Assembly: GCA_963845065.1 (NCBI GenBank)
Contig: CAWJQQ010000002.1
Location: 480,001-544,000, forward strand
Direction: 5' to 3'
Source: Nitrospirota bacterium
GTDB taxonomy: Bacteria; Nitrospirota; UBA9217
Length of the DNA stretch: 64,000 bases
Of this stretch, positions 32,369 to 43,594 are shown piece by piece. The notes under the pieces are model-generated. The model had not been told where the DNA came from. It did no database searches and saw nothing but the letters and a program-made list of their open reading frames with translations. A program made the position numbers and the translations under genes. The first letter of the stretch is position 1, and every line of letters begins with the position of its first letter.

Positions 32369-32406
32369 TTCGATGGCTTCGTTCATGCATGAACGAAGCC
32401 ATCGAA
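32369..32406. repeat. Perfect 38-bp palindrome
   Basis: TTCGATGGCTTCGTTCATG|CATGAACGAAGCCATCGAA. Confidence 0.9.
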
Positions 32407-32637
32407 AAAACATCTGGCGTGGCAGCAGGAGGTTCGTAGTAAAAGGGGGGTATTGAGTATCCTCAATCGAGCCATCCGTTGCCCGGAAACTACGTGATGA
32501 ATCTTCATTCGCGAAGGTTTATTGCGCCTTAGATGGATTATAGAAAATAGTGTGCGTGAAGAAATGGTTGCCCTCGTTTTTCTGGTATACTAATATTATT
32601 GTGTAAAAATCAAGCCTACACCAATGGAGGAATTAAC

Positions 32638-33216
32638 ATGCCGTACACCGCGAAGGATTACGCAAAACTTGTCGGGATGGAAGGATTCAGCGAAACGCTC
32701 TTGAAGAATCATTTTACCCTCTACCAAGGCTATGTGACTAACACGAACAAGGTGCTAGACAACCTCGACCAGATGTCCAAAGAAGGTAAGACTGCAACGC
32801 CCGAGTTTGCAGAACTTAAGCGCAGGCTCGGATGGGAGTTCAACGGAATGCGGCTACACGAATACTATTTTGAGAACCTTGGCAGTAAGGGCAGCATCGA
32901 TAAGAACAGCAAGGTCGCTAAAAAACTGGCCGAGAGCTTCGGAAGCTACGAGGCATGGGAAAAGGACTTTAGAGCCACCGGTGCGATGCGCGGCATCGGA
33001 TGGGTCGTCTTGTACCAGGATGCTGTCTCGGGAAGATCCATCAATTTCTGGATCAATGAACACGACGTTTCTCATCCCGCAGGATGCAATCCGCTGCTCA
33101 TCCTGGACGTCTTTGAACATGCGTTCATGCTAGATTACGGTTTGAAGCGGGCGGATTACATCGAGTCTTTTTTCAAGAACATAAATTGGTCCGCAGTCGA
33201 ATCGCGGCTGAAATAA
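32638..33216 (+). CDS. Fe/Mn superoxide dismutase family protein
   Basis: NHFTLYQGYV, RLHEYYF, GIGWVVL, LDVFEHAF. Confidence 0.88.
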   Translation: MPYTAKDYAKLVGMEGFSETLLKNHFTLYQGYVTNTNKVLDNLDQMSKEGKTATPEFAELKRRLGWEFNGMRLHEYYFENLGSKGSIDKNSKVAKKLAESFGSYEAWEKDFRATGAMRGIGWVVLYQDAVSGRSINFWINEHDVSHPAGCNPLLILDVFEHAFMLDYGLKRADYIESFFKNINWSAVESRLK

Positions 33217-33349
33217 AGCGGTTTCATCCTCTTATGGTAAGGGTGAACAACCATTGTTTGCCCAGACTACTTCACGCTATCAAAGAAGAGATATGAAGTT
33301 GCCATACAGATCCAACATCAACTATTTTAAAAAAAGGAGAACGAGACCT

Positions 33350-33844
33350 ATGTCAAACACTGAGCAGAATCTGATGAACGCATTTGCCGGAGAATCGCAA
33401 GCAAACAGAAAATACCTGGCCTTTGCCAAAAAGGCGGAGGAGGAAGGCTACGCACAGGTGGCGAGGCTCTTTCGAGCCGCGGCAGCAGCTGAAACTATTC
33501 ATGCCCATAACCACCTTAGGGCGCTGGGCGCTGTTAAATCTACGAAGGACAATCTGTTGGCTGCCATTGGTGGTGAAACCTATGAGTTCCAGAAAATGTA
33601 TCCCCCAATGATGGCTGACGCTAAAGAAGATGGCAACGACAAAGCCTTCATGAGCTTCCGTGGGGCAAATGAGGTGGAAAAAATCCACGCTGCTCTTTAT
33701 CAAAAAGCACTTGATAATCTCGGCACAAACGTTGTTACAGATTATTATGTATGCTCTGTCTGCGGTTACACCGCCGAAGGTGACGCTCCGGACGAATGTC
33801 CGGTCTGCAAGGCAAAGAAGCGGGCATTTCATAAAGCGGAATAA
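33350..33844 (+). CDS. rbr: Rubrerythrin
   Basis: AFAGESQANRKY, ETIHA, EKIHA, CSVCGY...CPVC. Confidence 0.92.
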   Translation: MSNTEQNLMNAFAGESQANRKYLAFAKKAEEEGYAQVARLFRAAAAAETIHAHNHLRALGAVKSTKDNLLAAIGGETYEFQKMYPPMMADAKEDGNDKAFMSFRGANEVEKIHAALYQKALDNLGTNVVTDYYVCSVCGYTAEGDAPDECPVCKAKKRAFHKAE

Positions 33845-33846
33845 TA

Positions 33847-34420
33847 GTGAAAATCATTGCCTTAAACGGCAGCCCCCGTGCCGGTGGGAACACTGAAGTG
33901 CTTCTGATTGAGGCGCTCAAACCTCTTCGGGAAGCAGCACATGAGGTGAGGGTCTTCCCCCTCAATTCTATGAATTTCAAGCCATGCCAAGACTGCGGCG
34001 GCTGCCTCGCAACCGGCCTGTGTATACATTCCGACGATATGAGTAAAATCTATGATGCTATTCGGGAGGCCGAGAGGATAATTCTCGCCTCCCCAATTTT
34101 TTTCTACGGCCTAAGCGCGCAAGCCAAAACGATGGTCGACCGCTGCCAGTCCTTCTGGTGTGAAAAATATCGCATTAAAAAATGTATCCCCGCGGGTATT
34201 AAAGGAAGGAAAGGTCTACTGCTGCTTGTTGGTGGAATGAAAAAAGATGACGGAAGACAAGGTGCGGAGGTTGTGGCTACAGCTTTTTTCAGAACTGTGA
34301 GCGTGCCTGAGCATGAGACACTATTCTTCGGCGGTGTAGACGCCGAAAGGAGACATCATTAAACATCCGACGGCGTTAAAAGAGGCCTATGAAGCTGGGA
34401 AGAGGCTCAGCAGCAATTGA
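33847..34420 (+). pseudogene. Flavodoxin-like iron-sulfur flavoprotein / NADPH-FMN reductase; C-terminus frameshifted near 34345
   Basis: GSPRAGGNT, CQDCGGC...C, ASPIFF; expected tail KGDIIKHPTALKEAYEAGKRL is in the +1 frame. Confidence 0.8.
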
Positions 34421-34514
34421 CAACTCCCCATGGTTATAACCAGAGGACTTTCCTGGAGGTTCTGTAATCTTATTTGTTATCATGCCTTCGGCCATTTCAA
34501 ACCCGCCCAAGAGA

Positions 34515-36072
34515 TCATTCTGACCGCTCCCCATAGTTAAAGGCAATACCGACATTCTCTCTGGCAACAACGCAAACATTGCCAGCCTCGACTGTCGTTG
34601 ATCCGTCTTTGACGGGCGAGCTGCTCTGTCTCCGGTCTGCGCTTGTACTTACCTTCATTGCTCGCGCGAGACCGAAGCTGGCCGGATGAATCCGGCCTAT
34701 CGCCGCTTCTTGCTGTACCCTCAACACCGCCCGTTCCAGGAGCAGGTTTGCACCCGGCCAGGCTGCTAGAGCCTGGCGCGTGTTGAGGACATCGTTCGAA
34801 AACGTACTTTGCGAAAAATGCGGAATATAGATCTCGCTATGCATCCGCACCACATGCGCAAACGTGTTGCCGCTTTGAGAGGAGCTTCTTTTTAACTTCA
34901 CCGCAGTGGCATGTCTCTGAAAGTTTCGTGCTCTGGGTAGGGAATTCGATTATCTGGCCGCCAGCGTTTTCGGCTTTGCGGCGAAGCATCAAAATAAACA
35001 TACCCGGAACTCGTCTTGATACGCTTTTGCTAAATGTTCTTTGAAAGGCTTCGTACGAAAGTTTCTCGGTTTTAATGTTAGTTCCGAGCTTAAGAATCTC
35101 ATTGGCAGGCTTTCCATGAGATCGTTTTCTAGTTGCAGCGAGGATCCGCTTAAGCTCTGCCAACACAGCTTTTAGAGCGCGGTATTGAGCGGAGAAGACC
35201 CACTGCTTTTTGCCGGACTTGATTGTGCCGTTCTCGTTGTAGTTATCTGGATTAGTGGCTCTAAGGCTTCTGTCCCTCTTGCGCTGCACAACCCTGATTT
35301 GTTTGTACGGAATCTCGACTTCCGGGCAGAACTCAACGAGCCGGGCATCAGTATCGCCAACGATAGCGCCTGTGGATGGGCCGATGTCTAAACCAACAGT
35401 CTCGGTACCGATCTGGTTCTCTCGCTTGATCTTAGCCGTGCCCTTTAGTACGAGTTGGGCAAACCAGCGGGGGGTTCCGCCGATGGTCTTCTTGACTAGC
35501 CGGACATATTTGACTTCATGGCTAAGCGTGTGAGCCTGGACACCGAACTTGTCCTTGTGATCGAAGAGACAGCTGAGGTTAAGTCCAGACCACTCGACAT
35601 GATCATCGCACCACCGTATCCCGGATGCGTTGTTTTTGCCTTCAACGGACGACATCCAGCCACGGCGCTTGAACCGGGGCTTGCCATGCTTGCCAAACTC
35701 GTAGTCGGCTACGGCATTGTATGCCCTGGTCGCTAATTTTTGGGCAGTCAGGCTATCGATATGGTCGCCGATCCAGCATGCGTTTCTAAACCGACCGACG
35801 TACTCATGGAGGCTGTATTCGGTATGGTTGGCTTGGTTTCTGGCTGCCTTAAACATCTTGGTGAGCAGCTTGCTTTTCTTCTTTTTAATTGCTGTGCACC
35901 ATTTGACAGAACTACGCATCGCAGCAAGACGTTTCAACGCTTCGCCAAGGCAGGCATTATACAGATGGCGGCCAGCCTCGAGGCGAATATCAAGCATTCG
36001 GTTGTCTTTGCGGGTAGTTACGACTTGATGCTCATGGATGAAAGAGGGGGTTTTAGATTTATTACGAGGCAT
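34515..36072 (-). pseudogene. tnpB: TnpB with nonsense codon before RuvC-III and a downstream frameshift
   Basis: VGLDIG, KTEKL; TAG (34837-34839) replaces Q of QRDLYSA; highly similar to 49281-50816. Confidence 0.88.
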
Positions 36073-36183
36073 TACTATGTTTAATATACCATATTAATGA
36101 ACATTTGTCTAGCAACTGTCGAGGAATTAAGTTCCCGCATTCATCACCATGGTTAAAACAAGGAGGTTTCTGCGGATGGTTTG
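34520..36183 (-). mobile_element. IS200/IS605 (IS1341-type, tnpB-only) element, copy 1, degraded
   Basis: TTAC target then left-end hairpin; right end ...ATGGGGAGCGGTCAG with half hairpin deleted; no tnpA. Confidence 0.85.
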
Positions 36184-36303
36184 GTAAAAGAGTAATCCTT
36201 TCCAGCCCTCGTAACAATAAATTTGTTAATTTTTGTCTTGTCGATAAAACGCTCTCAACTCTTGATCTGCCGAATATCTTAATCCCACCCCCCCCCTATT
36301 AAT

Positions 36304-36338
36304 AAAAAAGGCCGGCATGCTATGGAACATGCCGGCCT
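36304..36338 (-). terminator. Terminator after PII gene
   Basis: AGGCCGGCATG/CATGCCGGCCT stem plus T-run on minus strand. Confidence 0.8.
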
Positions 36339-36361
36339 AAGGGAAGATTAACAGCGATCTC

Positions 36362-36709
<348 letters not shown>

Positions 36710-36835
36710 TTATTGTTATGCGACCACGTTTCCAGTCTTAGCCGGGATTCACAGATTTGCACATATTGCATTTAAACCTGATTTTGTATTCGCCGGGTTC
36801 CGCATCAGCCGAACGGTGATTCCTAAACAAGTTGT

Positions 36836-38191
36836 TTAGTTGTATGCTCGCTCGCCATGCTGACTCTCGTCAAGTCCAACCGACTCGTCTTCAGCATCGA
36901 CCCGTACACCGATAATGGCCTTTATGATCATGAAGATCACATAGGTCATGACCCCGCTGTAGACAAACGTCACGAGCACGGCAATGACCTGAATCAGAAG
37001 CTGGCCGGGATTGCCGTACAGGAGGCCCTTGCCTGCGGCATTGATTGCTGGGTCTGCGAATACACCGGTGAGGATTGCACCGATGGTTCCGCCGACTCCG
37101 TGGATGCCGAAGGCATCAAGGGTATCGTCGTAACCGAACCTGGGCTTCATCTTTGCCACTGCATAGAAAGGAATTATGCCTGCGGCAATGCCAATCACTA
37201 TCGCGCCACCTACGTTGACGTACCCGGCTGCCGGAGTAATGGCGACCAGGCCACCGACAGCGCCTGAAGCAAGGCCTAAGACGGTCGGTTTGCCGGAATG
37301 CTTCCATTCCACAAACATCCAAGCCAGCGCTGCAACCGCTGTAGCCGTGTTGGTGTTGAGGAAGGCCGCGCTTGCCAGTCCGCTTGCCGCGAGCGCAGAA
37401 CCGGCATTGAACCCGAACCATCCGAACCAGAGGAGTCCTGCACCTGTGACCACCAGGGTCAGATTACCCGGGATTATTGCCTTTTCGCGTCTTTTGCCAA
37501 GGATCAAGGCCCCGACAAGCGCCGCGATACCGGCATTGATGTGCACGACTGTCCCACCCGCGAAATCCAGCGCTCCGAGTTTGGCCAAAAAGCCATTGCC
37601 CCATACCCAGTGTGCGATTGGGAGGTAGACCACAGTCATCCAGAGCACGGAAAAAATAATCCAGGCAGAAAACTTCATCCGCTCGATGTAAGCCCCGCTT
37701 GCCAATGCCACGGTAATCGCCGCAAAGGTAAGCTGGTAAACTATGAAAATAAACTCGGGTATCGTTTTTGCGAGATCCGATATGCTGTTTGGACCCACGC
37801 CTTTTAAAAAGAGCTTCGATGCGCTGCCAATGAGTCCCCGTACATCGTCGCCGAATGCAAAAGTATACCCGTAAATGACCCAGAGCAGGCTAACAATGCA
37901 AAATGTGACAAAGGTCATGGCCATAGTGTTGAGCGCATCCTTTGTCTTTGCCAGACCGCCGTAAAAGAGTGCCAAGCCGGGTACGGACATGAGCATGACC
38001 AAGGCAGTTGCAACGATCATCCAGGCTGTGTCCCCAGTATCGATCTTCGGTGCAGGAGCGGTGGACGGAGCTGCTGCAGCTAGCGCGGGTGATGCTGCTT
38101 CTTCTGCCATTACCAAGGCCGGTGTGCACAATGCTGCAAACACCAAGAATACCGCTACTATCAAAAACGATTTCATTAATACTGCTTTCAT
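36836..38191 (-). CDS. amtB: Ammonium transporter (copy 2)
   Basis: DFAGGTVVH, WFGWFGFNAGS, DDTLDAFGIHG. Confidence 0.96.
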   Translation of the reverse strand: MKAVLMKSFLIVAVFLVFAALCTPALVMAEEAASPALAAAAPSTAPAPKIDTGDTAWMIVATALVMLMSVPGLALFYGGLAKTKDALNTMAMTFVTFCIVSLLWVIYGYTFAFGDDVRGLIGSASKLFLKGVGPNSISDLAKTIPEFIFIVYQLTFAAITVALASGAYIERMKFSAWIIFSVLWMTVVYLPIAHWVWGNGFLAKLGALDFAGGTVVHINAGIAALVGALILGKRREKAIIPGNLTLVVTGAGLLWFGWFGFNAGSALAASGLASAAFLNTNTATAVAALAWMFVEWKHSGKPTVLGLASGAVGGLVAITPAAGYVNVGGAIVIGIAAGIIPFYAVAKMKPRFGYDDTLDAFGIHGVGGTIGAILTGVFADPAINAAGKGLLYGNPGQLLIQVIAVLVTFVYSGVMTYVIFMIIKAIIGVRVDAEDESVGLDESQHGERAYN

Positions 38192-38247
38192 TGTACATTC
38201 CTCCCCGTGTGATGAACCCGTGTTTAATTATTTTGCAGATGATATAA

Positions 38248-38263
38248 AGCAAGGCATGTGCCA
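38248..38263 (-). promoter_or_regulatory. Sigma54 promoter of amtB2-glnK
   Basis: TGGCACATGCCTTGCT = GG-N10-GC. Confidence 0.82.
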
Positions 38264-38363
38264 AATAATAAGACTGTATTCAATGAAAAAAATATCTGAT
38301 TTTATACCGAAATTTTATTATGTCTATTCACTGTACGTTTGCTGATGCATTAACCAGAGATGC

Positions 38364-38397
38364 AATTTTAGGCAGATGACTAAATGATGAGCATATA
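38364..38397. promoter_or_regulatory. Putative tandem NtrC enhancer
   Basis: AATTTTAGGCAGATGACTAAATGATGAGCATATA; homolog of 31115-31148. Confidence 0.65.
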
Positions 38398-38627
38398 TTA
38401 TCGATGAGAATCACATGATTTTGCGATATAATCTTAGGCGCATTTACGAAATTAATATTAAAATACCTCATTGCGCTGCTGACCCTGCTATACTTAAAAA
38501 AAGTTCGTTGAGGCGAAAAAATGTCCGAATTACATGTTCTGATATTAGCTTGACGCACTCCCACCGCTAAAGCGTGTGGGATTTCCCGCGTTATTTTTCC
38601 AAGAATTTAATGGCTATCCTTCTTTAT

Positions 38628-39009
38628 CAAATGATGCGGTAAAACCCCTGGTTTCAACCATGGGGATATAAGGCATGCCCTTCCCCATCCGTAAATTTGA
38701 CTTTCTTACTATATTCCGATACCTTGGATGCAGGCTTCAACTTTCAGCATTCCATGAATCTATGCGAAAAACTTTCCTGTATGAGGCTCGAGTAAAGTAG
38801 CGCCCCAGGGTACAAGTCGGATTTGTTCGAGCTATGGTGAGAAAGTACCAAAGACTCTTGCGGTACGAACTCACCGATGCTCCTATTGCGGTCTTGTGGT
38901 TGACCGGGATCTGAATGCATCCATTAATATTCTCCAGGCCAGTCAGGCGCTAACGTAATCAGTCGGCGTTGCCTGAGAATCCCCTGGATTTATCTATGGG
39001 AAGTGTCAA
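38628..39009 (+). mobile_element. Miniature (382 bp) IS200/IS605 derivative retaining both ends and the tnpB 3' tip
   Basis: TTAT|CAAAT...AAAA-CCCCTGGTTTCAACCATGGGG left end; CGLVVDRDLNASINIL remnant; GAAT-CCCCTGGATTTATCTATGGGG-AAGTGTCAA right end. Confidence 0.85.
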
Positions 39010-39049
39010 ATGAGTTATCTGACACCAGGACTTACAACGGAGGCCACCA

Positions 39050-39967
39050 ATGGCTAAGACCAGAAAGATTCAAAAAGTAATAAAAAGCAAACCCACACTT
39101 GAAGGTGCCGGGGTGCATCTCAGGCGTGTATTCGGATACAGCGAAGTACCAATGTTTGACCCATTCCTGCTGCTCGACGATTTCCGAAATACTGACCCTT
39201 ATCTTTATATCAAGGGATTTCCCTGGCACCCTCATCGAGGGATCGAGACGATCACCTACGTTTTAAAGGGCGATGTAGAGCACGGAGACAGTATGGGGAA
39301 CAAAGGCGTCATTTCGTCCGGCGATACGCAGTGGATGACTGCCGGCAGCGGCATAATCCACCAAGAAATGCCCAAAGGAGATGACGACGGTGTCATGGAA
39401 GGATTTCAACTTTGGGCCAACCTGCCAAAAACCCATAAGATGATGGACCCACGTTACCGCGACATAAAGAATGCTCAGGTCCCGGAAGTAAAGCTCAAGA
39501 ACGGCGCAACAGTCAAACTTATCTGCGGGACCGTGGAGGGAAAGCAGGGGCCGGTCAAAGACATTGTCATCACTCCCGAGTACCTCGACATTACGCTCCC
39601 GCCGCTGTCGGAATTCATCCATGAAACACCTCGCGGCCACACCGTCTTCGCTTACGTTATCCAGGGCAAAGGCGTCTTCTGCAACGAGCGTAATCCCTTT
39701 GCCTACGATATCGAGGGCGTCAACTATTTCGACATGGAACGTGATTTTTACATCCACAACGGGACGGCTGTCCTTTTCGACGACGGCGATCAGGTAACGG
39801 TCTCGGCCCAGGGTGAACCTCTTCGTTTCTTACTTATTTCCGGTAAGCCCATTAAGGAGCCTGTAGCCTGGTACGGGCCGATCGTCATGACTACGGAAGA
39901 GGAACTTCGGATTGCTTTCGAGGAGTATCGGAACGGAACTTTTATCAAAGATACGCGCAAAATATGA
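39050..39967 (+). CDS. Pirin family protein
   Basis: DPFLLLD, FPWHPHRGIETITY, QWMTAGSGIIHQE, GPIVM. Confidence 0.93.
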   Translation: MAKTRKIQKVIKSKPTLEGAGVHLRRVFGYSEVPMFDPFLLLDDFRNTDPYLYIKGFPWHPHRGIETITYVLKGDVEHGDSMGNKGVISSGDTQWMTAGSGIIHQEMPKGDDDGVMEGFQLWANLPKTHKMMDPRYRDIKNAQVPEVKLKNGATVKLICGTVEGKQGPVKDIVITPEYLDITLPPLSEFIHETPRGHTVFAYVIQGKGVFCNERNPFAYDIEGVNYFDMERDFYIHNGTAVLFDDGDQVTVSAQGEPLRFLLISGKPIKEPVAWYGPIVMTTEEELRIAFEEYRNGTFIKDTRKI

Positions 39968-40664
39968 TTATTGTCGCAGTACGCAGAGTAATATCATAAA
40001 TCCAGGCTCTTCCAACTCTACGATAACGAAGGCTAAACTTCGATCGTGTAGGTTTTTCTGCAATAAACTACTTAGAATCAAAAACTTCTCCTGCAGAGCC
40101 AAAACCGGAACGTCTCACGGACAGAGCTCTTTCAAGCCCGTCAGAATGGAATATGCTCGTCACATTGGTCATGCTGAAGAAGCGCAACACCATGTGATGC
40201 CACAGATGCGAGTCTATATAAGACTCGCAGGGCTATAGATTTTCATTTTTCGTAAAGCGCTTTCGCAAGGCCTCGGGGCTTTTGCGGCATCCCACTCTGG
40301 CAGCATATCCACAAAATGAAGAGCAGGTCACATTCCGAAAAGGAGTGAAGGTTTAGTTTTATATTTGTCGGTTGGATCGAACTGGCCCTAAAAAAAATCT
40401 GCTACATGGCTATCGAGTCGGTACACTTTTTGACAACAATATTGAGACCATAGTGCTACTGAATTATTACCATAGTATATATATATAGGTGTGATCGTGA
40501 AGTGCAGACTGAAGATGAACTTTAGAGGATAGGTTGTTCTGAAGATTTAAAACTTACGGCGTTGGCCTGCTTCAGGGCTATATATAGGGAAAGCAAAACA
40601 ATGCAACCTGTCAAGGTTTTGTAAACATGAAATAGCACATTCTCATACTTTTGAAAATATAGGT

Positions 40665-41072
40665 TTATTTTTTTTCTTTGTGGTATTCGACGCTGACTTC
40701 ATAAGCGATACTGGCATGACCGAGTCGGAGGTTATCACTTTTACCATTACAGACAATCTTGCCTGCAATCGTTTTTTTACGACTCTTCACCAGACCGCTG
40801 ACCACCGACGTCAGGTCGAAGCCACCGTTTGTACATTCATCCCGCATGCAGTCCATGCGAAAACATGCATAATCCGTAGGAAGGAAGTTTACCGTGCGCT
40901 TCATGAGAACAGGGTCAGAAGTTCTTTGAAGATAGGTCATGCGAAGAATGATACTCGAAACAGTTGGCATGCGATCCGATACTAAACCAGCAGCCAGCAT
41001 GGCACTCTTCTTCAGCTCCTGTTTTTCCATGTAATTTTGTTTATTCGTCACGATTCCTTTTTTTAAAGCCAT
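40665..41072 (-). CDS. Hypothetical protein
   Basis: 135-aa ORF with CMRDEC...GGFDL...C pattern; start uncertain. Confidence 0.6.
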   Translation of the reverse strand: MALKKGIVTNKQNYMEKQELKKSAMLAAGLVSDRMPTVSSIILRMTYLQRTSDPVLMKRTVNFLPTDYACFRMDCMRDECTNGGFDLTSVVSGLVKSRKKTIAGKIVCNGKSDNLRLGHASIAYEVSVEYHKEKK

Positions 41073-41383
41073 TATATTTTCTTAATAAACGGGGAAAACG
41101 ATCTTTTGATCCTTTATCGTCTATACCTAAACTATGTTACATAATCACACGTTTACACCCTAAAGTCAATATTTGATTATAAAAACGTTAAAATAATGCT
41201 TAAATAAATGAGGGGAATAATCATAATATTGCACTATTTTCAAATTATTTGTCTTTTGAAACGCTTCGGGTTTTTATCGTTCAACACGTAATCTGATTTG
41301 TATCTTGTACTTTCGAATCAGAAAATTAGACTCTTTATACTCCGCGCTATATACCACCTCGTCACTTCAAAGCAGGGTTAATG

Positions 41384-42367
41384 TTAACTATAGTCTTCCC
41401 TTCTCACAACGCCAATAATCGTCTCTCCCCGCAGAAATCGCATCACATTTTCTATGGCCTGACGAGTGCTTTCTTCGTTTATTCCAGATACCATAGCCGA
41501 ATTATGCGGCGAGCCAACCACATTAGGCAACGCGAGAAAAGGAAAAGTTGTTTTGAACTCACCATACGTGAACGGTTCAATCCACCAAGCATCGATGCCG
41601 GCTTTGAAATCAGGATGGCTAACAAGGTGATGATACAATTCAGCCTCGTCGATGATGTCTGCCCGCGCGACGTTGATGAGCATAGAGTCGTTCTTCATCC
41701 ATTCCAGCTCACGCTTTCCTATTAGACCACGCGTCGCTTTCGTAAGGGGAATCGATATTACTACAACGTCTGACTCGGTAAGAACGTAGCGAAGGTCCAT
41801 TAACGTGCCGATGAAGTCCACATGCTCATCGGTCCTGCCACTCGTGTTCAGAGCTAGGATTCGCATTCCAAGACTCCGCATCAAACGGGCCGCAGCGCGG
41901 CCGATCCCCCCGAAACCGATGATGCCGCAAATAATACCGCGCACCCTGCGATTAAGTAATGACTGGTTAAAGCTCCCTTTTCCCAGGTTCTGATGTTCCC
42001 GCACAAGGTTTTTGGACAAAGCCATCGTCAAGGCGAGAATATGTTCGGCCATGGGTTCAGCATAGGCCCCAACGTTACTAGCTATTGTGATGTTTGCGGG
42101 GAGTCCCGCATAGGGGATGTGGTCGGCGCCCGCAGAAAGAAGCTGGAGCAGCCTCACGTTTTGCAGAAGGTCGAGTTCGCTAGGCCCCACTTCCTTCGGC
42201 AGGTTCCAGGTTAGAAGCACTTCGGCAGCGACAAGCGTCTGCTCCCGCAGGCCCGTAGGCATGTCGCTTAGAAAATACAGCTTCGCCATATCACCTGCGA
42301 TTTTTTTCAGAATCTCGCGCCGCTCCTCGCGGACTTTGTAGGTTATGACAATGTTGTGTTTGTTCAT
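41384..42367 (-). CDS. D-isomer-specific 2-hydroxyacid dehydrogenase
   Basis: GFGGIG, INVARA, DAWW.EP, SPH. Confidence 0.9.
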   Translation of the reverse strand: MNKHNIVITYKVREERREILKKIAGDMAKLYFLSDMPTGLREQTLVAAEVLLTWNLPKEVGPSELDLLQNVRLLQLLSAGADHIPYAGLPANITIASNVGAYAEPMAEHILALTMALSKNLVREHQNLGKGSFNQSLLNRRVRGIICGIIGFGGIGRAAARLMRSLGMRILALNTSGRTDEHVDFIGTLMDLRYVLTESDVVVISIPLTKATRGLIGKRELEWMKNDSMLINVARADIIDEAELYHHLVSHPDFKAGIDAWWIEPFTYGEFKTTFPFLALPNVVGSPHNSAMVSGINEESTRQAIENVMRFLRGETIIGVVRREDYS

Positions 42368-42501
42368 TAGTAAGCCCTCGTCTCCGTACTTAAATTTCTT
42401 TGCCATTTTAGTCTCTCTTTAAACGTAGCACAGGCCCGCGAGATGTCAACTAGTTGGCGCGTGGCTTTTCGAGATATCAATAATCTTCAATTAATATATA
42501 G

Positions 42502-42771
42502 TTGCCCAAATTAAACAAGTCGATCACTATTATCGTGGTGGAGCATAAAGACCGATTTACCCGTTTTGGTTTCAATGCTTATAAAGTTTTGCTTAATAAT
42601 GAGGGACGCGATATTGAACTGATTAATGAGGTCTCTGATGAGAAAGAGGACATTCTTCAGGACCTTATTTCTATTATCACCTCTTTTTGTACAAGTATAT
42701 ATAGGCAGAGAAAATGTAAACGCAAAACCGATAAAATCATTCAAGATTTGACGGGACATAAGAATGATTAA
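42502..42771 (+). pseudogene. tnpA: IS607 TnpA serine recombinase, C-terminal fragment
   Basis: VVEHKDRFTRFGF, QDLISIITSF; N-terminal HTH and catalytic YARVS absent. Confidence 0.82.
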
Positions 42772-42980
42772 GGCCTATGAGTTTAAGCATTTTGCCAATC
42801 GTGGCAAAGTAAAAGGGCTATCCGGATTATGAGGTTGTTTTGGGCTCAAATTCCTTTTTGTGAAAATCCTTTGCAAAGGTTGTTATGTCGATTCCGAAGC
42901 TGTAACGACGTCGACCTTATTGCATTGCCGGATGAAAAAGATTATAAGAAAGTCAGTGGCGCACTGAGGTGAATGAATAG

Positions 42981-43594
<614 letters not shown>

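Noticed and set aside
39970..40660. ORF 39912-40238 and following intergenic DNA
   Set aside because: No recognisable motif, RBS or structure.
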